Source: Thermoproteaceae archaeon
GTDB lineage: Archaea; Thermoproteota; Thermoprotei; Thermoproteales; Thermoproteaceae
Length of the DNA: 22,695 nucleotides
Direction of reading: 5' to 3'
Assembly: GCA_020833025.1 (NCBI GenBank)
Contig: JAJHRB010000021.1
Span: forward strand, 1-22,695
In this document: positions 16,262 to 22,695 of the stretch, piece after piece
How positions within the stretch are numbered: position 1 is the stretch's first letter
How the letters are laid out: the number at the start of each line of letters is the position of its first letter
The notes under the pieces: model-generated
What the model was told of the DNA's origin: nothing
The model's database searches: none
The model's input: only the letters and a program-made list of their open reading frames with translations
Translations under genes and position numbers: made by a program

Positions 16262-16445
16262 CACCACTCGCAAGGTCCGCACAAATGTCGGCAGGCTCCA
16301 CGCACCCGAGTATTAAGTGCTCTCTGTTGGCCTTGCAGCTCTTACAGTAGAGGTATATCTTGCCGCCAAAGACCAGCAGGTTGAAGCCTACCTCAAGAGC
16401 TCGCTCTCTGCCGCATGCAGCGCATCTCAGCAACCACCTAGTCAT
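16245..16445 (-). CDS. Small zinc-ribbon protein
   Basis: 66 aa with CAAC and CKSC pairs. Confidence 0.75.
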   Translation of the reverse strand: MTRWLLRCAACGRERALEVGFNLLVFGGKIYLYCKSCKANREHLILGCVEPADICADLASGVSKSA

Positions 16446-16457
16446 GGAGGGCGCGCC

Positions 16458-17339
16458 CTACTTTCTGGCAATCCGTGCTATGTACTCTGCGAGGTGCTCG
16501 GCTGGATTTATCCCCGTCACCTGCTTAAAGCCGCGCCAGTCGGGACTTGCATTCACTTCAAACACGACGTATCCGTCCTCGCCCTCCCCCACGTCAATGC
16601 CTGAGTACACGAGCCCCAGCGCCTTTGTGGCCCTCAGCGCCAGCTCCTCTAGCTCTGGCGTGAGCTTGCACGGAGCTCCCACAGCTCCCTGGGCGATGTT
16701 TGTTTTCCAGGACATTGTCGATATTCTGTACATGCACCCTATGGCGCGCTCCCCGACCACTAGAATGCGTATGTCCCTATTCGGCTTCTCAATGTATTTT
16801 TGTATGTAGAGCGGATTGCGCATTATAAGCAAGCTCCTCATGAGCTGGAATGCGTGCTCTGGGTCGCTAAATAGCATAGCGCCATATCCCCTACTGCCTT
16901 GCACGGGCTTTAGCACCGCCTTGCCTATCTCCTTCACTGCCGCGTACCCGTAGTACAGGTCCTCGGTTGCTATGGTCGGCGGCACAGGAATGCCGGCCGC
17001 GCCAAGAATGTAAACTGTCTCGAGCTTGTTCCTGCAACTTAGTAGCGCGTCGACGGGATTTATAGTCACGACGCCCTTGCGCTCTAGAATTCTAAGGACG
17101 CTCACGCGCCTCACTAGAGTATTAACATCTACCACGTAACCGAGTCCACGTATTACCGCGACTGAGGCCTCCACGGGACCTTTGCGCGTCTCGACGGCAA
17201 CTCTGCCGCTGGAAACTCTGATAGAGAGCCTCTGGACCGGAATGTAGCGCACGGAGAGTTCCCGCTTTTTCACCTCGAAATAAATGTCGCGGGTTGGCTC
17301 GTCCGGTATGTACGTGCCGGCAATTATAATAACGTCCAT
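16458..17339 (-). CDS. RimK/LysX-family ATP-grasp alpha-L-glutamate ligase
   Basis: CRNKLET, KPVQGSRGYG, YIQKYI, RDIRILVVG, WKTNIAQG, GIDV and FEVNASP. The start is placed at ATG 17339 (MDVIIIAG); the track's extension to 17477 is non-protein-like. Confidence 0.88.
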   Translation of the reverse strand: MDVIIIAGTYIPDEPTRDIYFEVKKRELSVRYIPVQRLSIRVSSGRVAVETRKGPVEASVAVIRGLGYVVDVNTLVRRVSVLRILERKGVVTINPVDALLSCRNKLETVYILGAAGIPVPPTIATEDLYYGYAAVKEIGKAVLKPVQGSRGYGAMLFSDPEHAFQLMRSLLIMRNPLYIQKYIEKPNRDIRILVVGERAIGCMYRISTMSWKTNIAQGAVGAPCKLTPELEELALRATKALGLVYSGIDVGEGEDGYVVFEVNASPDWRGFKQVTGINPAEHLAEYIARIARK

Positions 17340-17482
17340 GCCCCCGCCCGGCATTTTAAAGTTAAAGATTCCGCCGCTCAGGCCCGCTTTTGGGCAGACT
17401 CTCAGTGCAACGCCATGCCGATTGGTGAATATAAAGCGCTGCCCCGGCAGCGAGCATCGCGGGCGCGAGACTGGCATGCCGC

Positions 17483-17520
17483 TGAGCCCTGGCGGGATGC
17501 CGGCATCCCGCCAGGGCTCA
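17483..17520. repeat. Perfect 38-bp palindrome (no spacer)
   Basis: TGAGCCCTGGCGGGATGCC|GGCATCCCGCCAGGGCTCA, checked base by base. Confidence 0.95.
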
Positions 17521-17651
17521 AATCCTCATTAACTCGCCCGCTCCAGCACGCCGTGGAGGAGCGCCCTCCGCCGGGCTCCAAGTCGCTCGGAGCCTCCCGC
17601 TCCCGGCGCGCGGCCGGGACTGGAGGGGGGCAGGAGTCCCTGCCTCCTAAA

Positions 17652-18236
17652 ATGCCGGCAGGAGAGCGCAGACTGTACACTGCCAGAGGGGTAGCGGTCT
17701 GCCGCTCTTGCGGTTTCGCTATGCCGTGGCTTGATATGTGTAGAGTGGCTGAGACGTGCGTTGACTGCGCTCGCAAAATTCTTGGCAGCGAGTGCGACGC
17801 GTGCAGCGATAGGGACGTGTGCGATATCGCTGTCGAGGGAATTAAATTCTTGAAGTCTATCGAGCGGAAGCTTGATGTGTTTATCGACATGGGGAGGTAC
17901 ATTGCTGAACAGCTAGAGCGCTACGACAGGGTGGAGCTCGGCATAGCGTTCCTCAAGTGCCTAATGGGGCTGGCCAAGCTCCTACAGCGCGAGCGCAGCG
18001 AGCGCGCGCTCCCGTTGTGGCTGGCAACGGTGTTGAGAGAGAGTGTAATATCAGAGCTGGCAAGGGTGCCGTACGTCGTTATGGTGGACTTGAGTCAGCC
18101 TCTCGAGGATTACTGCGCCGAGTTTAACTGTAGAGGTCTCGAGCCCGTGTTAAACAATCTCCTCAACGTGCTTGTCAGCCTCTCGCTGGTGGAGGGCAGA
18201 AGAGATCCCAGATACTACTTCCGCCTCGGCGCGTAA
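17652..18236 (+). CDS. Cys-rich hypothetical protein (194 aa)
   Basis: Starts at MPAGERR; the N-terminal half has three CxxC pairs plus extra Cys (CRSC, C, CVDC, CDAC, C). The track's 79-aa upstream extension crosses the palindrome and looks non-coding. Confidence 0.7.
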   Translation: MPAGERRLYTARGVAVCRSCGFAMPWLDMCRVAETCVDCARKILGSECDACSDRDVCDIAVEGIKFLKSIERKLDVFIDMGRYIAEQLERYDRVELGIAFLKCLMGLAKLLQRERSERALPLWLATVLRESVISELARVPYVVMVDLSQPLEDYCAEFNCRGLEPVLNNLLNVLVSLSLVEGRRDPRYYFRLGA

Positions 18237-18715
18237 TAATTAACTATTGCCCTCAACAGCGCGAGCGCGTAGGCAGACGCGCAGGCGCATGCGGAAAGCG
18301 CGCCGAGATAGGCATAATACTGAAGTCTTGCAATCATGTCGCGCGCGGGCGGGAGGAGGGAGGCCGCAGCAAGCGCTACTGCCACGCACGTGATAGCGAT
18401 CGCCGAGTGGAGGAGCCTCTCGGACGATGAGAACTCCCCCCTTGCAGTCGCCGGTCTGGAGAGGAAGATTAGTATTGCCGCAATTATTGCGAGAACAAGA
18501 GACACGAGAGTAGACACGCTCTGAAGCATTATTGTAGCCCCGTAGCCGCTCGTTGCAGCTGCAGTAGCGCTGAGGTAGACCGGCAGATCGCTGAACGCGT
18601 ACGCAGCGGCCCCCAGCAGCGCCGAGATTAGATGCAGGATAACCAGGAAGGCCCCGTAGGCGGAGAAGCGAAACTTAAGCGACTGAACGCGCTGGTAAAG
18701 TCGCGGCCTGCTCAC
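18215..18715 (-). CDS. Hypothetical membrane protein (~4 TM)
   Basis: 166 aa with four long hydrophobic segments. Confidence 0.7.
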   Translation of the reverse strand: MSRPRLYQRVQSLKFRFSAYGAFLVILHLISALLGAAAYAFSDLPVYLSATAAATSGYGATIMLQSVSTLVSLVLAIIAAILIFLSRPATARGEFSSSERLLHSAIAITCVAVALAAASLLPPARDMIARLQYYAYLGALSACACASAYALALLRAIVNYYAPRRK

Positions 18716-18720
18716 GGCTG

Positions 18721-18906
18721 CTAGGCGAGCTGCACGTACTGCTTGATTCTTATATTACACTGCCCGCATATCAGCACCCTCTCGAGCGCCCTCCTTCCCG
18801 TCAGCTGCTCTATCCTAATGAACTGACTTGTTACATTCATGTCGCGGCCGCAAGAGGGACATCTTGTTATGTGCCCGAGATACTCCTCGGTGACTTGAAG
18901 GCACAT
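18721..18906 (-). CDS. Small zinc-ribbon protein
   Basis: CPSC and CGQC pairs; ATG 18906 lies ~21 nt from a TTTTATTTT box. Confidence 0.7.
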   Translation of the reverse strand: MCLQVTEEYLGHITRCPSCGRDMNVTSQFIRIEQLTGRRALERVLICGQCNIRIKQYVQLA

Positions 18907-18937
18907 ACTGGCGCGGTCGGTAACCGAAAATAAAAAC

Positions 18938-19375
18938 ATGCACGAGACTCCGGGAGTGGAGTCGATATCTCTGCAAGAGTTAATTTCGCGGATAATTAGC
19001 GGTGTGAATCTTGAGGTTGTGGGCTACGAGGGAGAGGCTGTTATTGTGAGTAAAGTTCGTGGGATCGTGAAGGGAGAGTTTTCGAGAGAGGAGCTGGGCG
19101 AGATTGCAAAAAGGAGGCCGCGCGGCAGAGCCACCAAGAGGCAGTTAATGCTGGCAGCAGAGATTGCAAGGCGCCTGGGAGAGGCTAGGAAGCCCTTCAA
19201 GGTGGTGTTCGGGCCCAGGGAGGTCACGATAAGAGCGGGCGCTGGCTTCTTGCGGATTTACGAGGGTGAGGTCAGAGTGGCGGGCTTTAGGAGCCTTGAG
19301 GAGGACCCGCTGCCGCTGATAATAGACCTCCTGCGCCAGTACGGGGAGGTTAGGCTGCTGAGGCCCTTAAAATAG
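18938..19375 (+). CDS. Hypothetical protein (true start may be GTG 18956)
   Basis: Protein-like composition; the TATA-like AATAAAAA (18929-18936) fits a start at 18956 better. Confidence 0.7.
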   Translation: MHETPGVESISLQELISRIISGVNLEVVGYEGEAVIVSKVRGIVKGEFSREELGEIAKRRPRGRATKRQLMLAAEIARRLGEARKPFKVVFGPREVTIRAGAGFLRIYEGEVRVAGFRSLEEDPLPLIIDLLRQYGEVRLLRPLK

Positions 19376-19718
19376 CGCTTTGTCTCAGCATCACGATGTT
19401 TAAACGCCCGTCCTTCTTTATTTCCACGTATCCTGCCTCGCTGAGCCTCCGCAGTGCTTTGTGCACAGTGCTCTTGGGAAGCCTAAGCTCTCTGGCTATT
19501 TCGCTCTGATAGGCCATGCCGCGCCTCTCCATCAGAAATACGAGTATTGACCTGTCCACCTCGCTCAAGTCGCCTCCCGGGAGCGCCGGCAGGGGGCTTG
19601 TAGTGTTGCGAGTCTCTGAGAGCAATTTTCTCAACTTAGCGCGCCCGGCGCACGCAGCAGCCACGAGAGCGGCCAGCTGGGCTGCGAGTAACAGGGCCGC
19701 GAGAATTATCACTGGCAT
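19350..19718 (-). CDS. Membrane-anchored winged-helix (MarR-like HTH) protein
   Basis: Hydrophobic N-terminus, then LSEVDRSILVFL...YQSEIARELRLPKSTVHKALRRLSEAGYVEI; start placed at ATG 19718. Confidence 0.75.
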   Translation of the reverse strand: MPVIILAALLLAAQLAALVAAACAGRAKLRKLLSETRNTTSPLPALPGGDLSEVDRSILVFLMERRGMAYQSEIARELRLPKSTVHKALRRLSEAGYVEIKKDGRLNIVMLRQSAILRASAA

Positions 19719-20200
19719 GCCCGCAGGATTGAATCGCCGAGCTCCAGCACCTCGACGAGCGACGATACGCGCCTCGACGCATCTGCTATCCGGCCGCGCC
19801 TGAGCGCGGCGAATCCCAGCTTCTCGAGCGCGCTGACAATGCACCCATCCGTTGTTGACACGGTTACCTGCCTTGCATGACTGTCGTACTCAACCGTAAC
19901 AAACCCGCCGCTTCTGAGCCTCCAGCTCCTCCTGAGCCTCACGACGCCCCCCCTGCCGGCGACGAGCCACCCCATGTGGAGCAGTGACTCCTTGAGGTCG
20001 AGCAGCAGCGATGTGACGTCGGCGCTGCATATAGATCTCAGCAGCATTTCTACTTCCGAGTGGGCCGGCGCTATGTGAAGCGAGCCCCCCTCCCACTCTA
20101 CGCGCTCTGCGAGATCCCTGACGGAGAGGTAGGCAAATGCGGCCTCAATTTCAGGCGCTTTAAATATCAGGGAGTCTCCGCTAGCAAGCACCTCGCACAT
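19709..20200 (-). CDS. Hypothetical protein (163 aa)
   Basis: ATG start, overlap with the downstream HTH gene, and a divergent TATA palindrome upstream. Confidence 0.7.
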   Translation of the reverse strand: MCEVLASGDSLIFKAPEIEAAFAYLSVRDLAERVEWEGGSLHIAPAHSEVEMLLRSICSADVTSLLLDLKESLLHMGWLVAGRGGVVRLRRSWRLRSGGFVTVEYDSHARQVTVSTTDGCIVSALEKLGFAALRRGRIADASRRVSSLVEVLELGDSILRACQ

Positions 20201-20216
20201 TGCGGCCAGTTAGGCA

Positions 20217-20226
20217 AAAATATTTT
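20217..20226. promoter_or_regulatory. Palindromic bidirectional TATA-like element
   Basis: AAAATATTTT between the divergent starts at 20200 (-) and 20244 (+). Confidence 0.45.
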
Positions 20227-20243
20227 AGCGTTGTAGTGAGCGC

Positions 20244-20624
20244 GTGGCCAGAGAGGCAGATCTCGGACCCCTCCTGCGCTTTAGGCAGAAGTACTTGGAG
20301 AGCGTGCTCTCCGGCAAGAAGCGCGTCACGGTGAGATATGGAATAGTCAGACCGCGCCTCAGCCTCGTTTATATTGTCTGTTGCGATGCAATACACGCCG
20401 AGGCGCTCATAACAAAGGTGTACTACACGAGGCTCGGGAGACTGGGCGCTGACGTCATTGCCGCCGAGGGCCTCTCGAGCAGAGAGGAGCTCCTGAGCGA
20501 GCTTAGAGAGATTTACGGCAATGTACGAGAGAGCGATTTGGTGACCGTGATACACTTCACTATTGTACGCAAGTACGGGAGGCCAGTTCCGCTGTCGCGT
20601 CTGTACATCAAGAGGCGCGCGTAG
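20244..20624 (+). CDS. ASCH (PUA-like) domain protein
   Basis: FRQKYLESVLSGKKRVTVR and AEGLSSREELLSELREIYG. Confidence 0.8.
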   Translation: MAREADLGPLLRFRQKYLESVLSGKKRVTVRYGIVRPRLSLVYIVCCDAIHAEALITKVYYTRLGRLGADVIAAEGLSSREELLSELREIYGNVRESDLVTVIHFTIVRKYGRPVPLSRLYIKRRA

Positions 20625-20629
20625 CCGCC

Positions 20630-21676
20630 GTGCCCCGCGCCGGGGGCATTGAGAAGCTGGTGAGGCGCTTCAAGGACAGATTCGACTTACTGGTGCTTAC
20701 GAGACCGCCAAATCTGGCATACGCAGTTGGCGTGCCCGACGCGCTCGGCCTCGTAATTGACCTGAGCACCGGCCACTCAACTCTCTATGTGCCGCGACTC
20801 GACTACTCGCGCGTAAGGGCAGGCGCGCCGGTTGACAAAGTTGTAGCGGTGTCGCAGGCGGAGATCCCGCCGAAGAGGCCGGGAGAGGAGCTTCTCACAG
20901 CGCCGAGCTTTCTCGAGGCGCTGAAGGGTCTGGTGAGCGGGAGAATCGCGTCAGACAGCAAAGAAATAGGGGCTGATGTCTCGGGCGAGATAATGGAGGT
21001 GAGGGCGGTGAAAGACGAGGGGGAGCTCGCCGCGATAAGTGAAGCCCTCAGAATTGCTGAGAGGACCCTCGAGAGACTCTTGCAGTCGAGACTCGCGGGA
21101 ATGAGAGAGCGGGACGCGGCGGCGCTTGCATACAAGTGGATGATTGAGGAGGGCGCTGACGGCGCTGCCTTCGACCCGATCCTCGCCTCCGGGCCCAACG
21201 GCGCCTACCCTCACTACAGATTCGGCGACAGGAAGATCTCCTACGGGGACTACGTCGTGATCGACATAGGGGCGCGGAAGGGCGTCTACTGCTCGGACAC
21301 AACCCGGACGCTTGCGCTTGGCGGCTCGGGCATGCTGAGAGATGCCATGTACGCGGTTTACGAGGCAGTAAAGGCGGCCGAGAGGGCGGCCAGAGATGGG
21401 GCGCTCGCGTCAGAGGTCGACAGGGCAGCCAGAGAGGTCATCTCCGAGTACGGCTTTGCGCAGTACTTCATACATTCAACGGGGCACGGAGTGGGGGTTG
21501 AGGTTCACGAGCCCCCGAGACTCTACGCGGCGTCGCGGGAGGCTCTCAAGAGAGGGAACGTGATCACGATAGAGCCCGGCGTCTACATTGAGGGCGTCGG
21601 CGGCGTGAGGATAGAGGACATGTTTTACATTGACGCCGGCGCCGTGAGACTTAACAGGCTGCCGCGCCTTCCCTAG
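20630..21676 (+). CDS. pepQ: Xaa-Pro peptidase (M24B prolidase/aminopeptidase P)
   Basis: VVIDIGA, YCSDTTRT, HSTGHGVG.EVHE.P, TIEPG.Y and GVRIED metal ligands. Confidence 0.92.
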   Translation: MPRAGGIEKLVRRFKDRFDLLVLTRPPNLAYAVGVPDALGLVIDLSTGHSTLYVPRLDYSRVRAGAPVDKVVAVSQAEIPPKRPGEELLTAPSFLEALKGLVSGRIASDSKEIGADVSGEIMEVRAVKDEGELAAISEALRIAERTLERLLQSRLAGMRERDAAALAYKWMIEEGADGAAFDPILASGPNGAYPHYRFGDRKISYGDYVVIDIGARKGVYCSDTTRTLALGGSGMLRDAMYAVYEAVKAAERAARDGALASEVDRAAREVISEYGFAQYFIHSTGHGVGVEVHEPPRLYAASREALKRGNVITIEPGVYIEGVGGVRIEDMFYIDAGAVRLNRLPRLP

Positions 21677-21792
21677 CCTGCCCAGCCTCCGGGCGCCTAT
21701 ACGCGGAGGCCGTTATTGAATTGCAGGGCCGCGGCGCCGCGAGCTCCGGGCAGGGCCCGAGAGCTCTCGTCGATCGTGCGGCTGCCGTGTCG

Positions 21793-22233
21793 CTACAGCA
21801 CCAGCGGCCGCCTGGGCTTGAGTATTGCTTTCGCACCGCTTACCAGTCTCCTGGCCTTGTCCAGGTCAACCTCAACCCCCCGCTTAAGGCACGTGCCTAT
21901 TATCGCGCCGTCAACTATCTTCAGCACGTTCAGCGTATTAAAGCAAATACCGCTGCCGGCGAGAACCGGCAGGTCTGTGTGAGCTCTCGCTATGGCTATG
22001 CTAACAGGATCAGGCGGCTCGCCGGTCTTCCTGCCGGTTATGACGATCGCGTCCGGTCTCGCTCTCGTGCTTGCAGTCTCAACGGCCTCGCCCAAAGACG
22101 GCGGGTATATTGTCAGTCCGTGCTTAACGTGGACATCTGCTAGCACCTTAACGCCACTCACATAGGGAGCCTCGGGCAGCAGGATTCCGGACTCTGAGAG
22201 CACGATATCCGTGTACGCGTTGCAGCGTATGCG
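21793..22233 (-). pseudogene. btpA: 5'-truncated BtpA/SgcQ-family gene
   Basis: IRCNAYTDIVLSESG, ADVHVKH, DAIVITGRKTG, PVLAGSG and DGAIIGT are present. The frame is closed by TGA at 22287-22285 with no start codon before GTG 22203, and the N-terminal HL/EN.D/GVN.LRN motifs are missing. Confidence 0.75.
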
Positions 22234-22603
22234 ACTAGTGAGACGGGGCCCCGGAGGCTTTAATGCGCGGGCGCCGGCCGTGATTCAGGAGGCGGCGGTG
22301 GCCCCCTACCTCGCGCGCCGGTCTCTGCCCTGGCGGGCGGGGAAAAAAGGCGGGGGCTGCCGCGCCTCCCGCTCCGGGGGCCGCTCCATCTCCCTCCAGA
22401 GCGCCCGGATGCCGCTGAGAAGCAGCCCGGCCGCGGCGCCGGCAAGTTCCGTGGGCGGGCAGCGGCGCCCGCCTTAGCAGCCTCATTACAGTCAGCGCCG
22501 CCCCGAGCGCCGCCGCCGCGCGCGACCCCGCCAAAACTTCCGGCCAACTGCAGTTGCACCAGCTTACCGCGGTTGCATTTATGCCGCGGGCCTCCGGCGC
22601 GGC

Positions 22604-22695
22604 ATGGAGGGAAGAGCGCGCAGGGCCTACAGGGCGCTGGTGCTCAAGTACGACGTCCTCAGGCTGCCGCCCGAGATACAGCAAAAAATCCCCGA
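22604..22695 (+). mobile_element. 5' end of a probable TnpB-like/zinc-ribbon transposase-associated gene (partial; absent from the ORF track)
   Basis: MEGRARRAYRALVLKYDVLRLPPEIQQKIP resembles, from memory, the N-termini of multicopy Thermoproteaceae IS200/IS605-derived proteins. An ATTTAT box lies ~21 nt upstream, hairpins precede it, and the neighbouring btpA is truncated. Confidence 0.5.

Noticed and set aside
17376-17397. CAGGCCCGCTTTTGGGCAG resembling SRP RNA helix 8
   Set aside because: Lacks the GNRA (GGAA) tetraloop and the GAGCAG internal-loop bases.
17508-17530. GGGCTCAAATCC resembling a tRNA T-loop
   Set aside because: No TTC, acceptor stem, D-arm or anticodon arm can be built.
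17415-17651. 79-aa N-terminal extension of the Cys-rich ORF, and the RimK extension to 17477
   Set aside because: Both cross the palindrome and hairpins and give low-complexity, non-homologous sequence.
22327-22419. Two 11-mers (GCCCTGGCGGG, ATGCCGCTGAG) shared with 17476-17496
   Set aside because: Order and spacing differ and both regions are very GC-rich; not distinguishable from chance without a genome-wide search.
1-22695. CRISPR arrays, tRNA and rRNA genes; many antisense ORFs nested in real genes
   Set aside because: No regularly spaced repeats or cloverleaf/rRNA signatures were seen; the nested ORFs are shadow frames of GC-rich coding sequence.

Overview
Archaeal chromosomal window, GC-rich (about 60% by eye) and gene-dense. 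Gene content, short TATA-to-start spacing (leaderless genes) and protein similarity recalled from known families point to a Thermoproteaceae crenarchaeon (Pyrobaculum/Thermoproteus-like). Left to right it holds: the 5' end of a pyruvate/2-oxoacid:ferredoxin oxidoreductase alpha subunit; ~1 kb without a credible ORF; a menaquinone-type UbiD decarboxylase divergent from a NitT/TauT-type ABC transporter plus UbiA prenyltransferase; a 30-aa Glu/Trp micro-ORF; AdoMet decarboxylase and hexuloisomerase; an isolated nuoB-nuoC pair; a flippase-like membrane protein; a Trm5-family methyltransferase; a udg-hypothetical-DUF2070-DUF2153 operon; a CdvA-like protein; a RimK-family ligase; several small Cys-rich or hypothetical proteins; ASCH and Xaa-Pro peptidase genes; a 5'-truncated btpA; and the start of a probable TnpB-like gene. 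Signals missed by the ORF track include two well-formed C/D box guide RNAs (one predicted to target tRNA-Trp C34, one matching the 16S decoding region), a weaker third candidate, and a perfect 38-bp palindrome within a ~200-nt hairpin-rich intergenic segment. All family assignments come from motif recognition only; no database searches were run.
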